DNA of 40,085 bases from Cyanophora paradoxa CCMP329 (taxonomy: Eukaryota > Plantae > Glaucophyta): the NCBI GenBank assembly GCA_004431415.1, contig QPMI01000333.1:1-40085 (forward strand). The letters run 5' to 3'. Below, in pieces: positions 23,815-36,082 of the stretch; positions within the stretch are counted from its first letter, which is position 1, and every line of letters begins with the position of its first letter. The notes below the pieces were generated by a model. That model saw nothing but the letters and a program-made list of their open reading frames with translations. It was not told the DNA's origin and did not search any database. Both the position numbers and the translations under genes were made by a program.

Positions 23815-25718
23815 TCACGCAAAGTGTGCAAGTTGAATATTTAATGTGGCGGCGGGGAGGGCGGCGAAGAAAGACTCCTCTGCCCGCGCCGTGAGCTCCT
23901 CGAGCCTGTAGTCGAAGATGACCTCGAGGCGGAGGCCGCCGGGGAGGGGCGGGAGGGCCGCCAGCGGCGCGAGGCCGGCGGCGAGGGTCGCTATGTCCTC
24001 CGCGCTGCGGACTCGGAGGCGGAGGACTAGGCGCTCGAGGCGGGGGCAGTTGAGGAGGGCCGCCGAAACACTAGCTACGGCGTCGGCAGGCGCCCCGACC
24101 ATGCTGACGTTGACGCTGCGCAGGATGGGGCCAGCTCCTGCGTTGACCATCTCTGCAATCTCGGGCCCGGGGACTCGGAGGTCGAGGGCCAGGTGGGTGG
24201 GCAGCGGGCCGGCGGCGAGGGCCGCAATGAAAGCGGTGGACGGATCGGTGCCCAATCCCAAGAGGGACAGCTGCAGGACGGAGAGGCGCGGAGCCCGCAG
24301 CAGGCTTCGCAGCCTGCGGCCCAGCGCCCCACCGTGGTTGTCCATGAGAACAACCTGCGCGACGGAAGCTCAGATGTCGCGGGCATCGACATCGCCGCGC
24401 GGGGACGGGCGCACGTAGCCCGTGACGGCCTCGAGCTGCGGCATGCCGGCGAGCGCGCCGAGGTCGTCCGCGGAGAGGCCCGGCACGACCGGGCGCGCAT
24501 ACCCCTTCCTCCATGGGTCTACATCCCTGCCCGAGAGGTTGGAATTGCATAGTGGAAGGAGGGTACGGCGGCCCGCGCACTCGACGTGGAGCTCGCGCAG
24601 GGATCGCGCCAGGGGGGTACCGGCGATCTCGTCGAGGCGCATGTTGCCCTGGCTCGGCAGCTCAGGTAAGAGGCACGGTAAGCTGCAGGGCGGCGATGTT
24701 TCCAACCTGAAGGCGACCCCTGGGGCCGAGGCGCAGGACGAGCCGGTCCAGGCGGAGGAGCCCGAGCCGCCCAAGGACTCCGGGACGCTCTGCAGTGTAA
24801 CAGAGTTGCAGGCAGCGCAGCGCGGGGAGGCGAGCCGCGATGGCTGCCGCCGTGCCGGCGCTCAGCGGCAGATCGGGCAGCAGGAGGGACCGCAGCCCGG
24901 CGAGCGGCGCCAGGAGTGCCGCCGGTATCTCCAGAACGGCTCCTGGAATGGAGATTAAAAGCTCGTGGTCTTGGACGCTGCCAGAGCTGTGCAGCTCAAG
25001 CTCGAGCTCCTGCAGCGGGCTGGCCGCCCCGCCCGGCGCCAGCGCGGCGAGCACGTCGGCGACGCGCTGACCGAAGATTTGATCTCCGGCGTCGCCCTGC
25101 AAGAGCCGCTCCGCCCCATGCGAGTAGGCGAAATTGACGCGCACGCTCCTGCAGCGCCCTGCCAGGGCGGCGAGTTGGCGGAGCTGCTGCTCCGCTCTCC
25201 CGCCGCCGCTGGAGGGCTTCCATTCGCACAGGACGCTGACGCTGAGCTCGCTGCCGTTGAGCCGCCCCTCGCGCACCAGCCGCTCCAAGCTGTCGAGTGC
25301 CTCCGTCCGCATGGCGTCCAAGTCCAGCTTCGCGCCGTCGAAGGCCGTGCCCTCGACGGCATCGCTGAGCGCTCGGCTCACCTCCCGCACACAGAACGCC
25401 TCCTTGAGAGACAGGAACTGCAAGATCCTGCGAGGACAGTGAGCTCGAGCGCAGCGCGCGGATGGGAGAGCGCGGATGGGAGAATGTGGTTGTTGCTCGG
25501 CACCTCGACAGAAGGCCGCCCGGCAGGCGCTCGAGCGAGAGCTCGGTTGCTTCCTGGACAATTGCAGCTGCGGGCGACGGCAGGCCTGACGTACGCGTGG
25601 GCCAGAATGTGAGCGGCAGCCGCTGAGCACAGGCGCGTGCGCGTGCGCGGCTCAAGCTCTTACCGTCTTCGACCTCCTCCTTCGCGCGCTTCGAAGGCCG
25701 CTCCGAGCTCGCCGCCAT
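23815..25718 (-). CDS. F-box/LRR-like protein, paralog A
   Basis: MAASSERPSKRAKEE..., spliced F-box SLERLPGGLLSR|ILQFLSLKEAFCVREVSRALSDAV, then LxxLxL repeats. TGA at 23817-23815. Confidence 0.8.
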
Positions 25719-25946
25719 ATGCATTCGCCAACAAAGCGGCCAATTCGGGCGCCGGGTACAACGTCCGACTAAACGCGTCGCACCGGAGTCGAACGCGCCT
25801 CTAGACTCGCCGGCGCCAGTACGATGCTCGATCGGACTGGGCCTCGCAAAATCGAGCCCGGCGCCAGCGAAAGTAGCCAGCAGAGGATCCGGCGCAGGAG
25901 CGCGTGTCCCTCCGCTAGAGCTCGGGGCGGGTCTGCAGACCCGCCC

Positions 25947-28900
25947 CGAGCTCTGCAGATCCATTGCGCTTCGGGCGGCCCTGAGCCAGCGGAAGCGGCA
26001 CCGCTGAGTTAGCTAAGCTTCGGAAGCCGTGCAAGAAGCCGTGCCCGGACCACGCCTTTTCGGAGGCCCCGGGCTCCTGCGGTCCAGCTGGCCTCGGCTG
26101 GCCCGGGCCTTCGGGCCGGCTAGGTGGGATGAAGCCCCTTTGGAGGTAGCATTGCACAGCGAGAAGTGAGGAGAAGGCTGTAAAGACGCCATGTGAGTCC
26201 ACGTCACGCCGCGGGGCCGCCCGCTTCTGATCTGAAGTCGCCGCGCTGCAGGCGGGCCGCCGTCGGTCAAACTGTGAGGCAGGCCTTCACGCGGCGGAAT
26301 GAGGAGCATGCATCGCCGAAGAAGAAGGTGGCGGGGCGCAAGGAGAGCGCGCAGTGCGTCCCCGCGAGGTTGCAAGCTCCTGCTGCGCGTGCCTCGGGGC
26401 TCACGCGGCGGCGGCGGCGCCCAGGCGGCACTCGATCACGCAGCTCATGCACCTCCTGCACGCCTCCGAGCTGGACAAAGCGGACCTGTACGCCTCGGAC
26501 ACCCTCCTCGCCCGCCTCTGGCATTGGTGGTGCGCGGCCCCGCTCGCGCCCCGCCCGCCGCGGGGCCCGAGGTCCGAGGCGCTGCCCGGCGTGCAGGCTG
26601 TTCCACAACCACGCGCTTCTGGACCACGAGATACCCTGGGAGCAGCGCGCCCTCGACTTCTTCCAGGACCCCCACTCCTCCGGCTCCGTCCGCCCCGCCC
26701 CGCCCCGCCCCGCCCCGCCCCTAAGAGCAGCGCAGGCGATGATGTACGCTTGGGCGACCGGCGCGATGATCCTAGTCTCCATCGCCCTCTTCTGCGCCAC
26801 GACCGTCCCCGAGGCGCGCGCGCGCGCCCCGTTCCATCTCATCTACCCCTCCCAAAGAGATTCGATCCACCCCACAGTTCGAGATGACGGCGGGGCTGGT
26901 GGCGCTGGAGGGCCTGATCACGGTCTTCTTCACGCTGGAGGTGGCCGTCCGCTCCTGGCTGCGGCACCGCGACCGCTCCCTCCGCGCCTTCGCGGCCTCG
27001 CCCTTCTTCGCCGTCGACGTCGCCTCCTGCGTCTCGTGGTACCTCGACGTCGGCCTCAGCAGCTCCAGCATCGCCCCGCTCCGCATCCTCGTGCGCCCCC
27101 CCCCCCCTCCCCCCCCCCCCCCTTCCTAACTTATCTTCACCCGTTTTCTTTTTCGCCGCAGCGCATCCTGCGCCTCTTCAGGTTCGGCTCGTACAACCGG
27201 AGCGTCCGCGTCGCGGTCCGCTGCGTCCTCAGGAGCGGCGACGCCATGCAGGTCCGCGGGGGGTACAGGGAGATCCGCGCGGCTTCCGTGTAGCCCTCCT
27301 GACCCTCCCGTTTCGGCAGGTCACGGGCTTTCTTATGTCCCTCTCCCTCCTGCTCGTGCGCTCCCGTACCCCCTGTCTCTCCCCCCCCTGCCCTGAATCG
27401 CCCCGCCCCAGTTCTACACCACCGAGCAAGGCAACCCCTCCCCGTGCGCTCCCCGTACCCCCGTCCCTCTCCCCCCCCCCTCTCACCCCCGCCCCAGGGT
27501 CTACGCCAGCATCCCGCGATCCTTCTGGATCACCGTCAACGGGCTCGCGACCGTGGGGGGGATACAGCGTGCGTCGCCTCCCGCAGCTCCGGGCTCTCGC
27601 CCCCGATCCTAAGGCCGCCCGCCCCGCGCAGTGTCGCCGGCGCCGAGCGAGGCGCCCTCTCAGCCCCTCTCCCTCCTCGTTGTCGGCCTCGTCTGCGTCT
27701 CCGGCGTCCTGGTCCGCGTGCCCCGCAAGAGAGCGCGTACCCCCGCATCCCCGATTGATCCCGTACTCCGCCAGGCGTTCGCCCTCCCGACGGCGATCAT
27801 CGGGGAGAACTTTGCGGAGGAGCGCGAGCGGATGATTCGGTTCGACGCCGAGCGGCGGGCGCGTACCCCCCGTTGCCTCCCCCCACCCAATAGAGAGAAC
27901 GAAGTCTGACGTACCCCCAGAACCGGTTGGCGGCGCGCTGGGCGCGCCTCTGCTCGGACATGATGATCCAGCTCCAGTACCGGCTCGTCTTCGCCCCCCG
28001 GGTACGACGCAAGGGCGACTACATCCGCATGCGCGTACCCCCGCTCGCTTTCCTCCCTCCGGGGGGTACGCCGCACTTCCTCACACGCCTTTTGCCTCAG
28101 GTTCCGTGCGGCGGGCAGGCTGATCATAATGCTGGAGAGGAGGCGCCGTGCGGAGCTGGCCGGCCGGCGCGGCTCCGGCAGGCAGGCCGCGCCCCGCCCC
28201 CGTCCCTCTGCTCTGCTCTCTGCCCTGAGCGCCTCCGGCAGCCTCACGACGCGCTCGGCGGGGACGGAGACCAGCCGGGGACCTGGGGAGACGGCGCGCG
28301 TCCTCAGCGAGACGGCGCGTGTGGTCGAGGCGCCCCTGGGGCAGGAGGCTGGCCCCACGGCGCGGGAGAGCGCGCGGTGCTGAGGGCCCTGGCGGGGCGG
28401 CGCGGGCCGGCCGGGGGCCTCACGGAGCGCGAGATCCGCCGGTGCGGCCCCCGGCCCGGCCTCCCCGCGCGCGCGCTGGCCGACCCTTGTTCGCCCGCAG
28501 GGAGCGGCGCCGGGACAACGACCTGCGCATCCTCGCGCGGCGGGCCGCCCCGAGGAGCTCCTCGCGCAGGCCGAGGCGGTGCGGCCGGGCACGATCCCGC
28601 TCCGTTTGGACCTGACCCCGCCCTCAGATGCGGCGCTGGAGCCTCGCGAGGAACGCGAACGGCGCGGCGCGCGCGTTCGCGGCCGCCGGGGACGCCAGGC
28701 GCGGCCGCGGCGGCGGCGGCGAGGGCGAGGGCGGCCTGTACAGAGCAATCACGGCGCCCGTCCGCGCGGCGTGGGCCAAGCGGCCGCGGCGCGCCTCCCT
28801 CTCCTCTCCCGCGCTCGCGCCCCGCGGCGCCCCGGCCCCCGCCGCCCTCCCGCCGGCCCAGCCCCCCGCGAGCCTCGGCGCGCTGCCGGCCGCGCCGGAG

Positions 28901-30450
28901 GCCGGCATCGAGCTGGCGAGGCGCGGGGACAGCGGCGCCGGGCCCGCGCCCCGCGCCAACCGCCGCGCCTCCCTCCCGTCCCGCCTCCGGTCCCTCTCTA
29001 CCGATCCCGCGCCCGAGCGCGTACCCCTCCCGGAGCTGGAGGTACCCCCCCGCCTCGCCCCGTTCCTCCCCCACTCGCCGGCCTCCCCCGCCTCCCCCGC
29101 CGCCGCCTCGCCCCGCCGGCACGACGCCGTACCCCTCGCCGACCGCGGCCTCTTCAAGCGCCCCTCGCTGGGCGCTGTGCACCCGGAGCCGCCGCCCTCG
29201 CCCCCCCTCGAACCCGCCGGCAGCGGCCCCTTGGAGGCGCTCCCCGAATCGGAGCCGGCGGATCCGAAGGTGCTCGACCCGCCGCCCGCCCGCCCCGCCT
29301 CGGCGGGGACCGCCGGCAGGGCGGCCGCCGGCGTCGCCTCCTCCTCGTCCATAGGACCCGCGGGGGCGGCGGCGGCGCCGCGGCGGCCGCCGGCGGCGCT
29401 CCTCGCCTCGGTGCGGGCCTCGTTCCGAGCCTCCTTCAAGGCGGCCCTCGCCGACGCCGCCCCCGCCCCCCGCCCCGCCGCACCCGCCGCCGCCGTTGCC
29501 GCGCCCGGCGCCAAGCGGTCCGTGGGCTTCGGCCCGGGGACCCCGGCCCCGGAGGCGCCCCTCGAGCCGGCGGCGCTCTCGCCTGCGCGGGTGAAGCGGA
29601 CGTGGGGCCCCGGGCAGACGACGCGGCAGGCGAACCGGGCGGCGACGGCGCGGCTGGGCCCGCCCTCCTCGCAGCGCCGCGCGGGCGAGTTCCAGCAGCG
29701 CGCCGCCATCCTCGCCCGCTTCGACTCGGTGCCCGGGCTCGTTTCGCGCTTCCTTCCTTGCTCGCCGGCCGACCGGGGCCGGGGCCGGGGGCGCAGGTGG
29801 TGCTGGAGGCTGTGCCGCGGGAGGACGCGATGGCCCCCGCGAGCCTCCTCCGGCAGCTCGCCGGCGCCCTCCGCGAGGCGGCCGAGGCGCAGGACGCCGC
29901 CTCGGCGCTCGTCGCGGGGACGGCGCGCACGCTCCTCGAGGTCGACGCCGCCGTGCGCGCCCTCCGCGCCGCCCTCGGCCGGCCCCGCCCGCCCGGCGAC
30001 GACTCCGAGGAGGGCGAGGGCGGGGGCGGGGACGGGGCGGGCGGGGGCTCGGAGCCCGACGTCGTGCTGCTCCCCGCGGGCGCGGCCGGCGACGCGGTCG
30101 CGGTGGCCCTCGCCGGCGGCCCGGCGCCGGCGGGGCGCCCCTCACGGGCTCCACGGACCCGGGCCCGGGCCCGGGCTCGGGCTCGGGGAGCACTCGCTCG
30201 GGTCGGCGTCGGCGTCAGCGGCGCTGGAGCCGCCGCCGGGCGCGCCGGGGGCGCCGGGGGCGCGGGGCGGGAGCGTCGGCGTCAGCGGCGCTGGAGCCGC
30301 CGCCGGGCGCGCCGGGGGCGCCGGGGGCGCGGGGCGGGAGCGCCGGGTCGGGGGCGACGGGCTCCGCCCCCGCCACCGGCCGCTCCGCCCGCCGCCACCC
30401 GCACCCGCACGCGCATGCGTACGGGCCCGCCGAGCCCGCATAATCACCTA
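25947..30450 (+). repeat. Segmental duplication, copy 2
   Basis: Near-identical to 19021-23500. Confidence 0.95.
26191..30443 (+). CDS. 6TM voltage-gated cation channel, copy 2 (possibly degenerating)
   Basis: Same exons as copy 1, but with a 12-nt deletion in S5 (about 27414), a 67-bp tandem duplication at 30207-30340 and several 1-nt indels in the tail. Confidence 0.75.
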
Positions 30451-30680
30451 ACTAGTTCTACCCGGCATCTCTCTTCGGCTCCACTCGGCATCTCTTAAGC
30501 TTGTTGAATTAATTTATTGAACCAGCCGCTGCGCATGCATTCGCCTTTAAGCTTCAGAAGATTACATCTTAGAGCTGAATTGAGCACGTGCGAGCAATAT
30601 GACAACGGACGCGACATACATACACAAAATTAAAAGGATGAAATGAATTAAATTCAATGAAAAAGTCGAACTGTCCTTTC

Positions 30681-32611
30681 TTAGCTTTCCCCGCCGTTGA
30701 TGTCGAGTGCGGCGGCGGGGAGGGCGGCGGAGAGGGACTCCTTCGCGAACTGCTCATGCGAACCGAGCACTTCGACCTCGAGGCGGAGGCCGCCGGGGAG
30801 GGGCGGGAGGGCCGCCAGCGGGGCGAAGCCGGCGGCGAGGGCCGCGATGTCCTCCGCGCTGCGGACTGCGGCGCGGAGGACGAGGCTCTCGAGGCGGGGG
30901 CAGCGGAGGAGGGCCGCCGAAACTGCAGCTGCAGCGCCGGCAGACGACGAGTACAAGTCGACGTCGACGTTGCGCAGAACGGGGCCGGCTCCTGCGTCGA
31001 CGATCTGTGCAATCTCGAACGGGGAGACTCGGAGATCGAGGGCCAGGCGGGAGGGCAGGGGGCCGGCGGCGAGGGCGGCGGCGAGGACCGCGCTGAAAGC
31101 GGCGGACCAACCGCCGCCTAAGAGGGACAGCTGCAGGACGGAGAGGCGCGGGGCCCGCAGCAGGCTCTGCAAGCCGCGGCTGACCGCCCCACCGATGTCT
31201 TCCAGGAAACGAACCTGCGTGGGGGCCGCTCAGAGGTCGCGGGGGGTGGGGGGGGGGGTACGGGCGCACTAAGCCCGCGACGGCCTCGAGCCGCGGCATG
31301 TCGGACAGCGCGTGGAGGTCGTCCGCGGAGAGGCGCGGCCCGGGCGGGCTCCCGAATTGTGGTCCTAGCCCTCTGTCCGAGCAGTTGGCCATGGCCACCG
31401 AATAGGGGGGGGGGGGAGAGGGGGGGAGGGGGGTAGACCCGGCTACGCACTCGAGGCGGAGCTCGCGGAGGGAGCGCCCCAGGGGGGTACCGGAGAGCTC
31501 GGCGAGGCCCACGCCGGAGTCGTCGCCCTGTTTCGGGACTCACGTCTGAGACTCACTTTCGAAACTCTCTTGGAAAGGTGAGGGCACCCACCTGGAGGCC
31601 GGGAGCTGTGCGCAGGACGAGCCGCTCCAAGCAGAGGGGCCCAAGCCGCCTGAGGACTCCGCGCTGATCTTCTCCGTAGAAAAGCTGAAGGCTGCGCAGC
31701 GTGGGGAGGCGGGCCGCGATGGCTGCCGCCGTGCCGACGCTCAGGGGCAGATCGGGCAACAGGAGGGCCCGAAGCTTCGAGAACGGCGCCAGGAGCTCCG
31801 CCGGTATCTCCAGGACGCCGGACCCTAACGCTTGCTGGCAGAACGCTTGCTCGCTGTTGCCGTGCAGCTGGAGCTCCTGCAGCGGCCCGGCCGCCCCGCC
31901 CGGCGCTAGCGCGGCGAGCACGTCGGCGACGCGCTGACCGACGATGTGCTCTCTTCCGTGGCGCTGGACAAGCTGCTTCACATCGTACGGCTCCGCAAAA
32001 TTGACGTGCACGCTCCTGCAGCGCCCCGCCAGCGCCGCGAGAAGGCGGAGCGGCTGGGCGCCGGCGCCGATCGCGAGGCTGGAGGGCGCCCATTCGCACT
32101 CGACGCTGACGCTGAGCTCGCTGCCCTTGAGCCGACCGTTGCGCACCAGCCGCTCGAGTGCGTCGAGTTTCCAGGTCACCCTCAGCCGCTCCAGTACGTC
32201 GAGCTCCTCCGTGCGCATGTCGTCCAGGTCCAGCTTCGCGCCGTCGAAGGCGGTGCCCTCGACGGCGTCGCGGAGCGCTCGGCTCACCTCCCGCACTCGG
32301 AACGCCTCCTTCAGCGGCAGGAGCTGCAAGATCCTGCGAGGCCCGTGAGCTCGAGCGCTGGCGTGGATCGAGCGGGCGAGGGGAAGAAGAAGCGGGCGGG
32401 CTAGGCACCTCGACAGCAGGTCGCCCGGCAGCTGCTCGAGCGAGAGCCCGGTTGCGTCCGGGGCATTGGAAGCTGTCGGTGGCGGTGACCCTGCCGTGGG
32501 CGAGTGAGATTGCGAGCAGCAGCACGGGCGCGTGCACATGCGCGGTTCAAAGCTCGCACCGTCCTCGAGCTCCGCTGTTGCGCGCTTTGAAGGCCGCTCC
32601 GAGCTCGCCAT
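30681..32611 (-). CDS. F-box/LRR-like protein, paralog B
   Basis: MASSERPSKRATAELED..., SLEQLPGDLLSR|ILQLLPLKEAFRVREVSRALRDAV. Same 5' intron positions as paralog A. TAA at 30683-30681. Confidence 0.8.
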
Positions 32612-33419
32612 TCGTCCAATTTCGCCGCAGTCACCGGGTACGATGTCGACGCCCGGAGTCGAGCCCGGCCAGGATCTGGGCCCTGCATGCGGTGCTAGCT
32701 GTGCGTGATGCACGGCATGTCGCGCGATGCACGGCATGATCCTCGGAAGGATCGAGCGCGGCTCCTTCGGGGCTCCCGTCCGACGGTCCTGCGCCCATTC
32801 GGCCTGTCAAGGTGTTCGATTGACCCAGGCGCAGTGGTCATGGCCATGGCCACGGCATGGTGCGCGTGCGCCAGAGGTGGCGCCCGGTAGGCGCGCGCGC
32901 GCGCGCGGCAGCTGCCGACGTCGACGCCGACGAGCTTGAGCTTGAAGTCGACGGGACTTGGCGAGAACAGAGAGCGGCAGATCGCGAACTGCAGCCTCGA
33001 CACGCGCTCGGCTTGGACGGAGATCTAGACGACCCACTGATCATGAGCCGGCTCTTAGCGCTAGCGAGACGCGTACGGTGCGCGCGGCGCCGCGGCCGCG
33101 GGCCGGGCGACCCATGCGCCGAGGCGGTGCGCCGCGCCGCGCCGCGCACAGACCGGCCCGACGTCGACCCGCTTCGCTCGCATCCGATGATCTGACTAGT
33201 ACTCCGCCCCCACAGGCGCGGCGTTTGCGGCCACTAGGGGACGCTTGCGCCCTCCCGCCCCTCCTCCATGGCCAGGTCGATGGTGATGTCCTCCCGCGGC
33301 CGGGCCCCGTCGACGTCCTGCGTCCTCGAAGCCGCCCCGTCCTTCCCGTCCCCCGGCGCTGCGTCCGGATCCCGCCGCTCCCTCTCGAGCCCCGCGGAGG
33401 CTCTCCCCGAGCCGGGCTC

Positions 33420-33650
33420 CCCTCCGCCCCGCCCTCCGCCGGCCCGGCGGGGCACCCCCCGCGGGCACGACGGACTCGCCGGGGGCGCGGGGCGGCAGCG
33501 CCGGGTCGGGGGCGGCGGGCTCCGCCCCCGCCACCCGGTGTGACCGGCCCCTCGGCCCGCCCGGCCGCCACGCGAAGACGCGTCGCCCCTGGAGCAGGAA
33601 ACAGCTAGGGCCCTGAGGGATCGTCGCCTACTGCCAAGTCATTGAATCTT
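33420..33650 (+). pseudogene. Remnant of a third channel copy (3' tail and 3' flank)
   Basis: 33481-33575 matches 23366-23445 (PGARGGSAGSGAxGSAPAT). CAAGTCATTGAATCT at 33635 is identical to 23534. No TM exons lie upstream. Confidence 0.6.
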
Positions 33651-33816
33651 TCTTAGCTGTCTAGCGCTGCGGCAGTCGGGCCCAGGCTTGACCCCAGCGG
33701 CCATGCATAAGCAGCGGCGGACGCGTGCGTAGGCACTCGCTAATGTAAGCGAAGATTTCAGCGCCGACCTGAGGTGCAGCTGAGGACTGCGCGCGCGCGT
33801 GATGCCTAAGGCCCAT

Positions 33817-35739
33817 CTAAGCGGCGCGGACGGCGAGCTCAAGGGCGGCGGCGGGGAGGGCGGAGGAGAGGGCCGCCCGTGCCCGCGCCGCCAGTTCCTC
33901 GCGCTGCACTTCCCTCGCGGCGATCTCGAGGAGGAAGCCGCCGGGGAGGGGCGGGAGGGCCGCGAGCGGGGAAAGGCGGGCGGCGAGGTCCGCGACGTCG
34001 CCCGCGCTGCGGACTTCGGCGCGGATGACGAGGCGCTGCAGGCGGGCACAGCGGAGAAGGGCCGCGAGGCAAGCTGCGCGCAGCGGATGCCTAGGAGGGG
34101 CAAGAGGCCAGCCGCGCTCCGAGGGGCTGGAGTACGGGAGATCGACCTCGACGACGCGGAGGAGGGGGCCGGCGGTCGCGGCGATCGCCTCGAGGTCCGA
34201 AGCGGCGCGACCGCTGAGGCGCAGGTCGAGGGCGAGGTGGGCGGGCAGCGGGCCGGCGAGGAGGGCGGCGGCGAGGGCGGCGGAGGCGTCGAGGGCGGCG
34301 ACGGAGAGCTGGAGGGCGGCCAGGAGCGGGGCCCGAAGGAGGACCGCGAGGTCGCGGGAGTCCAACCAGTCGAATTCGACCTGCGCGGGCGCGGGCGAGG
34401 CGCGGGGGGCACCCTTGACTCAGCTTTTATGGCGGTCGACGTCGCGGCGGGAGCGGGGGGTCCTTCAGCTGGGCGGGCGGGCGCACGTAGCCCGTGACGG
34501 CCTCGAGCTGGGGCATGCCGGCGAGGGCCCGGAGGTCACTCGCTGAGAGCTGCGGCCGCGAGCGGCTCCCCTCAAGCCCCCTGCCCGAGCTCGAGCAGTC
34601 AGCGCCCGCAGCCGGAAGCCTAAGCCTAAGGGGGTACACCGGCCCGCGCACTCGATGCGGAGCTCGCGCAGGGAGTTCGCCAGGGGGGTATCCCAGAGCT
34701 CAGCGAGGCCCAAGTCCTGTTGTGAATTCGAAAGCTCAGTCGGGAAATTTCTCCGCGAGTCAAGGGGGCGCCCACCGGGAGGGGAGCTGTGTGTAAGATG
34801 AGCCGCTCCAAGCAGAGAGGACCGAGCCGCCTGAGGACTTCGGGTCGTGCCGCGCTGTAGCAGGCCTGAAGGCAGCGGAGCGCGGGGAGGCGGGCCGCGA
34901 TGGCTGCCGCCGTGCGGACGGTCAGGGGCGTGGTCGGCGGCAGGCGGAGGGCCCGCAGCCGGGAGAAGGGAGCCAGGCGATCCTCCGGCAAGTCGAGGAC
35001 TGTATGGGGCTCGAGGTCGCCGGTGCTGAGCAGATCGAGCTCCTGCAGCGGGCCGGGCGCCCCGCCAGGCGCCAGCGCGTCGAACGCGTCGACGACGTGC
35101 CAGCGGAAAACTCGTTCCGCTGAGTTCGAGAAGTTGAATTTGACGCGAACGCTCCTGCAGCGCCCCGCCAGCGCCGCGAGCAACGATACTGGCTGCGCGC
35201 CGAGGATGGAAATCGGTTCCTCGAGCTTTTCTGAACACTCGATGCTGACGCTGAGGTCGCTGCCCTTGAGCCGCCCCTCGCGAATCAGCCGCTGCAGTCT
35301 GTTCAGCGCGTCCTTCAAATCTGTGATCGCCGCCGGTTTGAACAGGGCGTGCAGCTGCCCGCCGTCAAAGGTCGTGCCCTCCACGGCGTCGCGGAGTGCT
35401 CGGCTCACGCGCCGGGCCCGGAACGCCTCTTTCAGCGGCAATAGCTGCAAGATTCTGCGAGCGAGGCGCGTGAGCTCGAGCGCCGACGTGGATCGCGGAT
35501 CGAGGTGACTGCTCCCGTGGATCGGTACCTTGACAGCAGGTCGCCCGGCAGGCGCTCAAGCGCGCTCTTGGTTTCCTCTGGAGCATTTAAAGCAGCAGGG
35601 AGCGGCGATCCTGCGGTGAGCGCGACGAGTCAGAATGTGAGCGGCAACACGGGAGTGAGCGCGTGCGCGGCACGACGCCCGCACCATCTTTGAGCTCCGC
35701 CCGCGCGCGCTTCGATGGCCGCTCCGAGCTCGCCATCAT
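33817..35739 (-). CDS. F-box/LRR-like protein, paralog C
   Basis: MMASSERPSKRARAELKD..., ALERLPGDLLSR|ILQLLPLKEAFRARRVSRALRDAV, then LRR-like repeats. TAG at 33819-33817. Confidence 0.8.
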
Positions 35740-35904
35740 TCCTAGCTCAAGCTCGAGCTCGCCGGGTACAGGTTCACGGGAGCCGCACCAGTACGCGCGC
35801 GGCGGACCAGTACGGGGCGCACCAGTACGCCTAGCGAGCGCCTGGAACTTCATGATCAAAACGCGCGCGTGCGGCCGCGGGGCGCCGGCCGCGGCGCTAA
35901 CGCG

Positions 35905-35970
35905 GACGTCGACGTCGACGCGGACGTCGACGCGTACGTACGCGTCCGGCCGTCGGACGCGTCCGACGGT
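35905..35970. repeat. Cluster of perfect palindromes
   Basis: CGTCGACGTCGACG (35907-35920), GACGCGTACGTACGCGTC (35929-35946) and CCGTCGGACGCGTCCGACGG (35950-35969). Confidence 0.85.
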
Positions 35971-36082
35971 CAACGCGAATATATGTTGGTCCGCGTATGA
36001 TGGACCACATGCACAGAGATCTGGAGCGCGAGGGTGCAGATGCGCGTGCGATGGCCTAGGCCCACAGCTGCAGATTGCGGGT

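Noticed and set aside
32857-33420. Independent small gene
   Set aside because: There is a plausible donor and acceptor, but no recognisable product or consistent frame. Only the 3' channel-like remnant is supportable.
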